Shown: in pieces, positions 47,652 to 59,069 of the stretch
How the letters are laid out: each line of letters begins with the position of its first letter
Position numbering within the stretch: position 1 is the stretch's first letter
Notes under the pieces: model-generated
What the model was told of the DNA's origin: nothing
What the model saw: the letters and a program-made list of their open reading frames with translations, nothing else
Databases searched by the model: none
Assembly (NCBI RefSeq): GCF_025526975.1
Contig: NW_026515670.1
Location: forward strand, 868,001-932,000
Length of the DNA: 64,000 bases
Reading direction: 5' to 3'
Source: Fimicolochytrium jonesii
Lineage: Eukaryota
Made by a program: the position numbers and the translations under genes

Positions 47652-48614
47652 TCAGGGACACACCTCAGCACTCTCCCACTCCTCGCTCCCCTCCCTGCTC
47701 CCTCCCAACTCCCTCAGATACGGCTGCGGCCTCAGATCCAATCGATCCGCTTCATGCACCTTGAACACCAGCAGCGCGAAATTCTTGAGCGCGGCGGCGT
47801 GCTGGGCGGGCGAGGCGGTGTCGGTGAGTGCGGCTTCGTAGGCGGTGTTTGCCAGGAGCGGGGATTTGGGGGGTGGGTGGGTGAAGGTGGCTTTCATTGT
47901 GGGTGACATTTTGGCATACTCCGCGCGTCGAACCTGTGTTGGAAGAAGTGAAGCGTTGAGTGGATGACCGATGCATGTGCGAAGCCAAGGTTGATTGATT
48001 TGGGGATGATGGTTGAACGGATACCCCTGCTCGCTCTGCTCGCAGCACGGATGTTGGGCCCTAAGAAAAGCGGTAAAGGGAGTATTGCGCCTTTGGCGCA
48101 ATGTGGCTCGCTCCGCTCGCCCTCACTCAAAACACGTACCTCCTCCCAATCCACCCCACAATCATTCCAACCACTCAACTCCTTCTCCCTCCACTCCCAT
48201 TCCGGGCCCGCCACAATCCTCATCGTGCCCTGAAACCTATGTTGTTCCCTCGTATCCTGAAAGTACCAACAAAGCGCCGCGTCTCTCCTCTGCTGCAACT
48301 CTTCAATCTTGGCACTTCGCGCGTCGGTAGTGAAAATAATCGAGTTCAGGATAGCTGGGTTGATGTTTTTCTGGGCAGCTTCGTCTATGTGATCTTTCAC
48401 GAAACCGCGGAAGGCGACTATGCGGGCCGTTGGCTGGGTCTTTGCGTTGATTGTTGCGAGAGAGGGCCATCGTGAGGCTGGAAGGTGGGGAGTGTGAGAT
48501 AGTGGAAAAACTCGAAGATGGGAGTTTGGGGGACGTACTCGGGTCGGGATTGTTGTCGAGGGAGCGTTGGAGGCTTTCGAGCCATGGGAAGGCTTTCGCT
48601 GCTGTGGTAGCCAT
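47652..48614 (-). CDS. Pyridoxamine 5'-phosphate oxidase-like FMN-binding protein (Pyridox_oxase_2 / YGR017W-like); introns 48478-48538 and 47934-48139
   Basis: FPWLESLQRSL, SLATIN...PTARIVAFRGF, IFTTDARSAKIEEL, LCWYFQDTREQHRFQG, NFALLVFKVHEADRLDL, WESAEVCP*. Confidence 0.88.
48020..48121 (-). repeat. Intron-resident repeat family, copy 3 (PNPOx-like gene intron 2, 206 nt)
   Basis: Host-sense GCGAGCGGAGCGAGCCACATTGCGCCAAAGGCGCAATACTCCCT...CCCAACATCCGTGCTGCGAGCAGAGCGAGCAGGGGTATC. Confidence 0.85.
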
Positions 48615-48958
48615 TTCCGGTGTATGGACTGCTTTTGCGTCTCAAAGAGGGAGCGTCTGTACAGCGCAGGGGGTTGTTTTTGAGGAGGGCGAGCGTGAGA
48701 GAAGGCCAGAGAAGGCGGACTTTGTCGCCCGACGCGTGAGCTGTCATGACGCCTCTCGCTGCAACGGCCTGCGAGAACCTTCCACTGTATCCTACCACTC
48801 TCCCTGCCCACGATCCGCTACGGACGACTCCACCCTCAGGCTAGGACAACTCCCACCCAGTCGCAGAGAAAAGCGTACAGAGGCCGCCAGTCCATTTCAC
48901 ACTTCCGCAAACTTCGACCGGATTCGCGCATTTCCACCAAGTATAAAAAGTATAAAAG

Positions 48959-49788
48959 ATGCCTCTTCTATCCAACGACGGGGTATGTACGCAGAAGGGA
49001 GGGGGGTTTCAGCAGGAATATCCTGGACAAGCGGGGCAACGTGACCTGTGCACCTTGCGAAGCAGCCGCCTTCCTCTAAGCAATACTAACATGTATGCCT
49101 CCTTTTGTTCATTTGCAGTTCCTATCCCAACTGAATACCTTATATAGCTCCGCCAAGGCGTCTGGGACCGTCTACGTGACCATGAAACGATGTACGTGAG
49201 AATCAGGGTGTATGAAGCTTTGGCGTTGGAGTGTGAGAAGGGAATGCTGGGGACACGGAGGAAGAGGAGTAGACGCACATAGGTCGATTGCATGCGAAAG
49301 GGCGTACGAAGGGATGGCGTACGGCAGCAAAAGGAGCGTCGGGAAGTAGAGGGCATAGCGAAAGAGCACAGGAGATGCTCATGTTTTCGATCCTGGGACT
49401 TAAATATCGGAATCTGGGTTATCGCAGATGCATATGAGGAACAGAAGCAAAAACGGAAAGACGAGAAGTCAGGAGCTTCTGCTCCAATACCATCGTCATC
49501 ATCGGAAACAACGTCATCGACCTACCCATGCCTCATCCGCGCCGTCTGCAGAAATTCCAAGATAAGCACTCTGGTAAGCGTCTCCATTCTCTCATTTCCT
49601 AGTCTCCCTTCCCGACTGTAGACCCTCAAACTTTCTTCCAACAGGTACAACCACAAGACACAGACCGCTTCCACGACGCCTACACCAACATTGTGCGATT
49701 ACACATGGACTCGCTGAAAAAGAAGGAGCGTGTCAAGAAGGTTAAGAGCAAAGCGAAGGCAAAGGCGAAGGATGCGATGCAGACATGA
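48959..49788 (+). CDS. SRP14: Signal recognition particle 14 kDa subunit, 4 exons
   Basis: MPLLSNDG|FLSQLNTLYSSAKASGTVYVTMKR|Y...YPCLIRAVCRNSKISTL|VQPQDTDRFHDAYTNIVRLHMDSLKKKERVKK. Divergent from the PNPOx-like gene. Confidence 0.93.
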
Positions 49789-50594
49789 AATATGGGGAAT
49801 GCAGTGTGGGTCTGGAGAAGCGGCTGCGGCTTAAAGTTGCGGGTGTATTCAGCGTGGGAAAACGGATGGGATTTGGTCGTACTTGAAGATGCGAAAGGTG
49901 CCCAAGAGGAATTGAAGCGCTGTGACGGAAAGAGAGCTTGATATTATGTATGCAGTGGAAGCACTTGATGCGCATGCGTATGCCCTCCGTAACACAGGAG
50001 TTGGAAGGATGGAAAGAAAGGAAACATCTACATATGTATTTGGAATGGACCCGCTGTGGGCTTTTCACCGCATGAAATCACATCGATGTACTCGGATATC
50101 ATTTTGACTTGGCCACAGCTTGAAATAGAATTCCCGAAGTGTTCTTCTGCGAGGAAAGCATCGCCTAGGACAGCGCCTTAACCACTCGGCCGGGGCGGAG
50201 TTCCCCTTGTGGGCACTCACTGACGATTTCGTCGGGCTGCATAAAGGCCACCGCATTGTAGAGCCTGAGGGAAGAGATCCCTCACGATGATAAGCGACTC
50301 ATCCAACAACCCCACTCGGAGTCCCCCGCCTTGGCTTCTATGAGTGCAATCGCATAAGTTTGCCGCAACGCATCACACTACCGTTTTCACGCGGCTTGCA
50401 CTCGACATACGCTGTGGCGAAGACCACCCGGCATCGTTGTACGTAGTGGTAATGCAGGACATTGCTTGACACATTCCCCCATGCTCCATGCTCCATGCTC
50501 CAGAAAGCAATCCACAGGCGCTTAATCCGCCAACATGAACAATTGAAGTACTTTTGATTATCTAATTTACTTTGGTTTCTAGCGACATTCAAGT

Positions 50595-50676
50595 GACAAC
50601 ATGGCCGAGTGGTTAAGGCGCTTCCCTGCTAAGGAAGTTCCCTTTGGGAGCGCAGGTTCAAATCCTGCTGTTGTCG
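50595..50676 (+). tRNA. tRNA-Ser (anticodon GCT), intronless, long variable arm
   Basis: Acceptor stem GACAACA/TGTTGTC; D-arm TGGCCGAGTGGTTAAGGCG; anticodon arm CTTCC-CT GCT AA-GGAAG; variable arm TCCCTTTGGGA; T-arm GCAGGTTCAAATCCTGC. Confidence 0.97.
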
Positions 50677-51396
50677 ATGTATAGATGTGCATCCTTTTGT
50701 CGGATGTATGTGTGTTTTGGTGGTGTCAAGTGTCTCCTTTTCTTCGCCGTGGTGACGCGTGAGCCAGCTGCGCATGAAAGTTTGATTGGAAGTGTGAAGA
50801 GCAGATTCGCGCTCGAGGTGGACGCGGAGGGTTGTCAATTTTTTGTTAGGTGCCGAGCGGGGGATGGGCATGGCGGAGTTCCAGGTTGGGCGAATGTTCG
50901 CTGCAATCAATGTTCGAATTTCGAAGTTGGGTTTGGCGCGCAAGGCGGTTCTTGGATGGCCACTGCCAGCCCGCCTACAAAGGTCTCGATTTCATTAGAG
51001 CCGAGCGGCAACGAAGTGCCAAGCTGGAGTGTACCTTTCGACCCTCCGGCATGGAAGCATGTCCAGGTTTGGCGGGTCCAAGATCAAGGAATCACATAGA
51101 AGTCCGACGTTTGCGTCCAGCGATTATACAGTATAAGAGGCAAGACAACAACGAGTCGGGAACGCCACGATGCGCCAATAACATGTCCGCCAGGGAAGCC
51201 GTGCAATCTTATTTGAATACCCTCCTTCAAAGCCATAACAAAGTGATGCCTACCACGGGGAGCTGCAGGCGACGGAACATGCACTATACATTTGTAGCAA
51301 CCCAAAACAGAAGAAAAGTGACCCTACTATTCCTCTGGACGACTATGATATGAAAAGTCGCTCATATTTCGCTCATGACATTATGAAAAGGCATCA

Positions 51397-51733
51397 TCAG
51401 AGAGTGGGCGCCAACATAGCTGCGCTTTGAAGCACGGCGAAAGTGCTTCCGGCGGCGACGGCACCGACGTACGCTTGCGCGGACGCAGCAATCGTACCTA
51501 CGACATGGGAGGCAAGGAAGAAAAAGGACGGAAATATTGTCAATTCCAAAGGACGTTCGTAAACCCACACCAGTTGAACCATCCGGCCATAGCTACTCTT
51601 TGCTCTATAACGCACCAGCTACGGGCCCAATGCGGGAAAATCCCAGGATGCCGCCGACAACGGGGGCCGCAGGCGGGACGAGCAAAGCGGCGCCCCCGAT
51701 GGTGGTAACGGCCAGCCAAGCGATGACACCCAT
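51397..51733 (-). CDS. IFI6/IFI27 (ISG12-motif)-like small hydrophobic protein, 72 aa; intron 51498-51615
   Basis: Spliced MGVIAWLAVTTIGGAALLVPPAAPVVGGILGFSRIGPVAG|TIAASAQAYVGAVAAGSTFAVLQSAAMLAPTL, matching the GF-x-x-x-G-x-x-AG-x-x-AA...AGS-x-FA-x-LQS pattern. Confidence 0.8.
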
Positions 51734-52397
51734 TTTTTTTGTCAAGTTGCTAATGCGACAAGTACGAATTGAGTTGATCGAGCTGTTTGGGATGCCGTAG
51801 ATGTGCGTGCCGGTCTTTTGATGGCGTGTGTATGTGGTTGATTTTGACGTTGATCAACTGGCAACTGAAATTTTGAGGGGAGAAGCGTGCGGAAAACCTC
51901 GTTTTTCTATACCCACGGAACTCGACGATTGCGGCATGGACAGCGGATGATGCCTATTCTTCTGGGTCTCAAGAGGTTTGACATTCGATAACATATAATC
52001 AGGACCGTTTCCGTGAACGTAATCACCACCATTTCCTGCGTATTGTCACATGAAAAGGGCCCCCTACCTCTGATGGTTTGAGCGATACTGTAAGTCACTA
52101 TGCTGCCCCTTCATCACACAACGTTACCACACTCGCATTGATTGCAACTCTCCGTCCTGCGCTCGGCCGATGGAGGGTTGGGAGATTGACACAATTTCGA
52201 CAGCGCGATTGGAGACCGGCACCTCCGGAAGATGGCAAGATGAAGAGCGGACCGAATGCGGATGAAGAGCGGATGCCGGATCGCGAATCAAGAAGGATAT
52301 GATTCATTTCCGAATTAGATCTCAATAAATTACCATCCTACCGCACTAACCACCCAGATAAGCAGAATCATTCTACATACAGGAAATCCCCATCCCT

Positions 52398-55009
52398 TCA
52401 CGGCGAGGGCGACCTCATCTTCGTCGGGCTCCTCGCCCTCAACTCCTCACCCTTAAACCCACCCGCCGTGGACGTCCTCGGCGTACCCCCTATCGCACTC
52501 GTCGGCGACGGCGGGATATGCTGCAAATCATCAATGAAGATCTGCAGCCCGTCCTGATCGGACGAATGATGCGTCCGCAGTGCCGCGCTGGAGGATTTGT
52601 TGCGCCGGGAGGAAGTGGATGGTGGGCGTCGTTGCCAGCGCTGCTCACGGGTGTCGGAACCCCCGCCGCCGCCGCCCCTTAGCCAGCCCCGCCAGCCTGA
52701 CCCGTCCGGTGCGCTCCGCCCTGTTATACAGTCCGCTGACCGTGGCCGTCCGTTGTCTTCTGCGCAGGTACATGCCTCGCCTTCCGTGTGGCGGTGGTAA
52801 TGTCGGTGATGGATATGCGTATGCGGGGTCGGCACGATGACACCGTCGCCGACAACCCTCGTCGTGAAGTCCGATTCGTCAAACTCGTCGCGACTGTAGC
52901 TGGGCGCTGGGTCCGAGAAGTGGCGGAGGGGCGTGTACACCGTCCCGGGCTGGTCGTCTCGTGGTGAATCGGAGGAGGTGCGTACACGCTCGTAGTGGGG
53001 TTGTGGGCGGTGAGATTTAAGCAGGACCCAGCCGTTTCGTGCGTCCACCATGAACAGGACCGAGGATGTTGCTATTGACACCAAGCTTAAGCCCACAAAG
53101 AAGATTTGGACGGGGATGAAGCTATCCGGGTAACTATTCCGTATTTGTGCAACGGCCAGTGGGAACGTTGCGAGTGACATGTTCAACGCAACGGTGACCA
53201 ACCCGTAAGCTGTTGCGATCTGGTGGTTGCCGACAACATAAGGCACGCATGTCCAGACCGAGGCCGCAAAGATCGAGTATGCCAGTCCGAGAATGACCAT
53301 GCCGACAATAGGTGTAATAGTGGTCCAGCCGAATAGGAGATGGGATATCAACACCAAGATTCCCGCCAGAGGGAGCATTGTGCTTCGGTGACCGAACCGG
53401 TCGATGAATAACCCGCATATTGGCGAGCCAACTGCGGAAACTATGTCGGTGATGGACATGACCGTTCCTGCCATCTGCGAATCATCTTTATACCATTTTT
53501 GCTGGAAGACTGGACAATGATTGTTTATGACTGATCCGCGATTGCTGCGCTGACATCCAACATCAAGCACTTACAGTCTGTACAAATATGGAAGAATGGG
53601 ATAGCAGATCCTGCAGTCGATAAAGTCGCGAGTCAGCACATTGGCAGATCGGTCGGTTGATGCCAAGAAAAGGATTGAGGACACCTTACCGTAAAAAGCT
53701 ATAGCAGTCAAACACAACATCCAAAACGGCGCCCTCAACCCCCTCAATTGCGAAAAATGCACAGTCTCATCCTCCTCATCATACTCCTCCTCCACATCAT
53801 CACTCTCATCCAAACCACTCGAATTCGAGTCACGGTCGTCCATCGTCCCAAAGCTCCGATGCTGGCGTGCGACAGATCGGATCGGTGACCCCGAGATTGA
53901 TCTGCTGCCACTGGGTGAACGTGTGGACTTCCCGCCCGTGGGTGATCTTCCGACACTTGGGGATCGCGCGGATGTGGAGATGAAGGATCGCGAAGAGGAG
54001 GATGAGCGTCGGCCTCCGTCGTCGCTTCGGTTCCCGTCCACACTTTTACCCCTTATCCTCGGCGAATTCACGGCGCTGTCGGTGTTCAACCGATCGGCGC
54101 TGCCGCCCTCCGTCCTCTTCCTCGGCTTCTGATTCGACGTTGCAATGCCCGCAGCGACGCGCGACGCCGGCCGATCCACATACAGCATCGCCACAGCGCA
54201 CAGGAAGCTTGCCAGACACACCAAAAGGCCGAACCAGACTGCAAACGGGGTCGACGCCTCGTTTGCAAGCCAAGGCGATAAGTTCGCGTTCGCGGCGGTC
54301 GCAATGCGCGCCATGGAGAGATGCACGCTCATCGCGAAGCCTAGTCCGCGGCCCTGGAACCAGTCGGTGGCTATCCGGGATGCTGCCTACGAAAGACACC
54401 CATCAGATTTCTCCTGCCCAGAACCGCACTCGCATCCAAGCGACTCCCACACCTCTTCCTTACCACTTCTAACGACTCCCCCCCAGCCCCAAACACCACC
54501 CGTCCAATCACCATCAAATTGAAATTCCCCGCCGCCACCCCACTCGCAAACAACCCCTGCCCGACCGCCACCAGCGTCACGAAAATCATCAGCATCACGT
54601 TCGGCGACAGCGCGTCGACGAGAAGGCCGCCAAAGAGGGGGAGAAGCACGTTGGGTAAGGAGTAGACCGAGTAGAGGAGGTTGAGCTGCCATTGGTATTC
54701 GGCGTAGGGCGCTTTGAGCCATTTTCGGAGCGGGACGTTGAGCGCGGATGGGATGTCGTAGCTGGGGCCATCGTGGAAAATGGGGAGTTAGTTTGGGACG
54801 GACGGGGAGAGAAAGGAGATAGCCGTATCGGCGTATTGTGTTCGACATCATGCACGCAGCCCGAAAAACAAGCTCGAAAAACAAACAGCAATTGCATGGT
54901 GATGGTGGCTCATGGGCAACAGAACGTACCAGTAGTAGTTGCTAAAGGTAACAGCGCAGGCAAGGAACAGGACCAGCCAGTGACGAGCGGTGACTTGGCC
55001 GAAGGCCAT
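52398..55009 (-). CDS. MFSD1: MFS transporter, MFSD1-like; multi-exon
   Basis: LVLFLACAVTFSNYY|CYDIPSALNVPL, NLLYSVYSLPNVLLPLFGGLLVD, GRVVFGAGGESLEV, WFQGRGLGFAMSV, GLFIDRFGHR, TAYGLVTVALN. Confidence 0.85.
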
Positions 55010-55215
55010 TGCAGTGGGTATGTACGTCGGGTGGCTGGAACGTTCTAATAGGCAAGGCTCGTTGAGATGCCTTTGCCGGTGGGAATATGGGTCCCAATCG
55101 AAATTGCAGCAGGAGGGGAGGGCAGGGAACTCACGCGTAACCCTAATTGCATAACTGCGGGTGGCTATGCTCGGAGTAATGTGTGGGGCGTCGTAACCAG
55201 ATTTGTGGCTAGCAT

Positions 55216-55288
55216 ATACTGTTTGGCGTAGTGGCGAATCTTCCTGATCTGCAGACGTGCAGGTCACCGGTTCGATTCCCACGTCCTT
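55216..55288 (+). pseudogene. Degenerate tRNA-like element (Pol III A and B boxes)
   Basis: A-box-like TGGCGTAGTGG (55224-55234), CTGCAGA loop-like sequence, and AGGTCACCGGTTCGATTCC with B box at 55269-55279. Acceptor and T stems do not close. Confidence 0.45.
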
Positions 55289-55349
55289 CAGCTCAGAGTA
55301 TGACCGCGTCAGTGGTATGTTACCTGAATGCACTTTCTTTTTGCTTTTG

Positions 55350-55379
55350 TAACACTCGCGCTTAACACTCGCGCTTAAC
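55350..55379 (+). repeat. 13-bp tandem duplication (TAACACTCGCGCT x2.3)
   Basis: Read directly: taacactcgcgct taacactcgcgct taac. Confidence 0.8.
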
Positions 55380-55833
55380 CGAGACCCTCCTCTCTCTCCT
55401 GGGCCCTGAACGAAGGAAGCCTTCTGCCAAAATACGTACGTAGGTTATAATCATTCGTAACGTTGTGTTCTTGACCCTAGCGTAAATCTGTCCGTTCCTG
55501 TTCGCCTCTCCAGGGGCATCGTCAAACGTCACCGGTCAAATCCGCGAGGAGCACCACTCCAACAAAAGTACTAGATATCAAATCAACGTCGTTTGCATAT
55601 ATACCAAAGAGCGTTTGTACAAAAAGGATAAAAAACGGAAAGCGGAGAGAGAGAGAGAGGAAAATTACAAAGCGGAGGGTAAAGAGGTGAGAGTTGAGAA
55701 AACTCTGAACCCTTCCCTATATCATAATCTAGCATTAACGGACGGGGTCCAGGCGAGTCAGGAAGATAAATTATCATTCATCGTCATTGGCCACGGCAGT
55801 CCGATCCCATCCCATCGTGTGTGATGTGTTTCA

Positions 55834-58450
55834 TCATCGGGAAGTAGCCCTCTCAGTATCCTCATCGTCAAAGATCTCAAAGATGGCCTGTTCGTCCTTG
55901 TAGTTGTTGTCGACGACGTTGACGAGGAACCAGTCGTCCGAGATGTGTTGAATGACTTTTGCGCTGGCTGAGGTTGGGGAGTAGAGCTGCGCCCATTTGT
56001 TCCAGAGTTCGAAGGCTTCGTCCTGAAAGAAAGAGGTTGGAGGCGTTATTAATGGTGATGAGAGGATGAGAGGCACATGGCGGATGACAACGAAGGAGAA
56101 TACCCATTACAGACCTTCCAAGCAACGAAACTCGCCGAATCCACAATGGTCGGCTGCACAATCTCCTGCCCCGGGAACACACCCCACGTGACCGCATTCG
56201 GCGAATCACCCTGCGTATTAGTCCTCAAATCACCCTGCTTGTTCACCGCATAGTATGTGATATATGGCAACGATGCGATCCTCGCCACAATCTTGTCCAG
56301 CGCCTGCGGGCTGATGAAGAACTCCAGGTACGCCTTCTGGTACACGAACCCGTTCTTGGGGCCCCAGCCGTACACCGGGTGGCTTGAGGGCGCGCCGTCG
56401 ACGGCGGGTTGCGAGTTGATGGTGAGGTAACCCTGCGAGTTGATCCGCGCGAGGCGGGTCTTGATGATGTCGGACTCTGGGAACAATGGCGCATCGCACC
56501 AGGGCAAGACGTTGAGTTCATTGGTGCAGTACTTGGTAAAGAGGGTGTAGACTTCTTCAAGGGTTTCAGGGTGGTTCCAGAGCTGCAGGCATTCGTCGGC
56601 GGGGTATTTGAGGTTGAAGCCATAGCCGTCCAATTCCCCGAAGGCGGGGGAGCGCGCGTCGCCCCAGCGGCCGTTGGGGAAATCGTCCCAGGCTTCGGTG
56701 CGGAGAATGTAGCTGCGGAGGCGGTTCTTCCAGAAGATCGGGCGGACGTTCTCCTTCTCGCGGTTTTTGGCCAGGGACTGTGAAGCGAGGTTGAGGGTGG
56801 TGAGTGAGGATCGCAGCGGTCAGTCGGAGGGAGAAAAGTAGAAGACTTACGGGGTTCCATGGCAGAGGACGGACTTGATCAGGCGGCGCAATAAAGCCAA
56901 GACCCTCAAGAATCAGCCGCGTCGACCTCTCCAAGTTCAGTGTATAGAAGTGGAAACCCCTGATTCCCTCCTCCTTCATCTTATTGCACATGTCCACGGC
57001 CAGCTTGACACCATAATCCTTCACCGCCTTATCATCCTCCTTAATCGGCTCCAGGTCGTCAAGAATGAATTGTGGAACGAAAGTCTTGCACATGCTCGTC
57101 ATGCGATGAAATCCGCCGTAGTTCTGGATGGGCATGAGACCAGGGAGGATGGGCGTGGTGATGCCGAGGCCGCGGCATTTCTTGTACCAGTTGATGAAGA
57201 TGTCGACGTCGTAGAAGAGTTGAGTCACAATGTAGTCGGCGCCGGCGTCGATTTTCGCCTTGAGGTGGCGCATGTCGGCTTCAGGATCGTTTTGCTCCGT
57301 GTGGCCTTCGGGGTATGCTATCGGGATGGAAAAGATGTCAGAACGTCGCTCGGATTCTCCGCGGTACTGCATTATCGAGTCCTACCTGCAACACCAATGC
57401 AGAAATAGTCGCCGTACTCCTGCCTGATGTACTTGACCAGGTCCTCAGCGTACGAAAAGCCAGTCTCGCACTTTGTCCAGTTCTCCTGACCGCGTGGTGG
57501 GTCGCCCCTGAGGGCGAGAATGTTCTGAATGCCAGCCGCCTTTGCGTCTCGAAGAGCAATATCGATCTTTTCCCGCGGCATGTTCGTACATGTCCTATGT
57601 TGCGATGAGGGGGAAAAATGAAGATGAATAATGATCCAACGATATATCATATGAAGGCCGCTCGCGAGGACGATGAGAGAACAACACCCTGCTCGACAAA
57701 GATGTCGGGATGGGTGTGTGATGAAGGCAATCGGCCCCTCATGGCGCCGCAGCGAATCTCGATGCAGCCACTTCGGCTTCGTCGAGGGTGGCTGTCGCCC
57801 GCACTCCCGCACGCTTCGCTTGGGCCCAAATGCGCTCCATCAGCTCCACCATCGCTCCGGCCCGCATCCGCTCCATCGGTTCCACCGCTCGCGCTCGCGC
57901 CGTCAGGGATGCTTACAAGTGCATGCAGGTCTCCAGACCATAAACGGCCTGCGCAGTGGTACAGATCTGCATTGTCACATCCGAGCTGCTTCCACCAGCG
58001 TTCCATGTGACATCGATGAATTCGGGTCCGAGTTGGTACATACGTTCCTGAAAGTGATCGATGGAATGTCAGTCCACACAAGCGTTCGCGGAGAATATGT
58101 GCGGCCAACGGGATGGGAACTACTTACCATACGGTCGTAAAGATTGATGACACCAGCTTCGGTCTTTGGTGGGAAGTACTCGAATGACTGTGGACGACGG
58201 AAATAGGGGTTAAGCGACGAAGTGTAAGGAAGGCGGGAAAAAGGGGCGAAAAAGACTCACCCAAAAACACCGGCCATCGGCTAAATACATTGCAAGTCGC
58301 AACAGGAAAGTAGAGAGCAGAAGGATGAGGACAGTCAGCGACGGCGTCTCAGTGAGATATTCCCTGACTGGACTGCGGTGTTACGGTAAAGAACACTTCA
58401 TGGAACGACTCCTTACCAATAGCCTTGTCGATTTTCTGAGTGATCTTCAT
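55834..58450 (-). CDS. MTHFR: Methylenetetrahydrofolate reductase (MET13-type); includes a 20-nt micro-exon 58261-58280 and a 322-nt intron 57595-57916
   Basis: [114 protein letters not shown]. Confidence 0.97.
57682..57709 (-). repeat. Intron-resident repeat family, diverged copy 4 (MTHFR 322-nt intron)
   Basis: Host-sense CCCGACATCTTTGTCGAGCAGGGTGTTG, with upstream GCGAGCGCGAGCGG and AAGCGAAGCG motifs in the same intron. Confidence 0.6.
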
Positions 58451-59069
58451 AGTGACGAAGCGCTTGTTTCAGAAGCGGGGGAGTGAGAGAAGTGGTATGG
58501 ACAAGTAGCAACGTAGGACGTTGAGCAGGGTGATTGGTCCGGTGGGGGTTGAGGAATATAAGCCGGTAATGGAGGGTTTTGGGGGCCTTGGGCAACTTCT
58601 ACATATATCATGGTGCACGTACAGTATGGGACGCGCGCGACGGGCCGCTCCGCTGGGAGGGAGGGCGCAGTGGGGAAACGCCGGTGGGGTTTTGGGGGGA
58701 TTTCGGACGGGCTGCGCGTCAACTGAGAACTCCCAAAAAGTGATTGTCGTGACTCACGCATAAACTGCTCATGTACTATTAGGGGATGTTTCGTTGTATT
58801 TCGTTGTATCTACGGCGGGTTGTATTCCTTTTCTACGTTGTTTGCTATGGTCGGCTACCCCATCTATCAGTCAGGGGAGCTAGTTTTCGAAATAAGCGCC
58901 GCGTACGCCTCTCTCATAATTCTTGATTCGAGTACGTTGGATGTCGCGCATTTGCTGAGCAAATGCCTGCCCGTCTGCGTCCAGCATGTGGAGCTCGCCT
59001 TGTCGAAGAGCTAGCAGTCGTTCCAGAATTCCCATGGCTTTGAAAAGCGTCAAACAGAGCGGGGTTCCC

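Noticed and set aside
49192..49427. Long (236 nt) SRP14 intron as another repeat copy or snoRNA host
   Set aside because: Lacks the CCAACATCC/GAGCAGGGT and GAGC-iteron modules, and has no clear C/D or H/ACA box pair.
26594..49788. Functional clustering of the ER-targeting genes SEC11 and SRP14
   Set aside because: They are over 20 kb apart with unrelated genes between them; no evidence of a cluster.
50080..50345. Firm call as U3 snoRNA, SRP RNA, RNase P/MRP RNA or tRNA-Sec
   Set aside because: Only partial word matches; no box D with terminal stem, SRP helix-8 motif, P4 pairing or UCA anticodon arm found.
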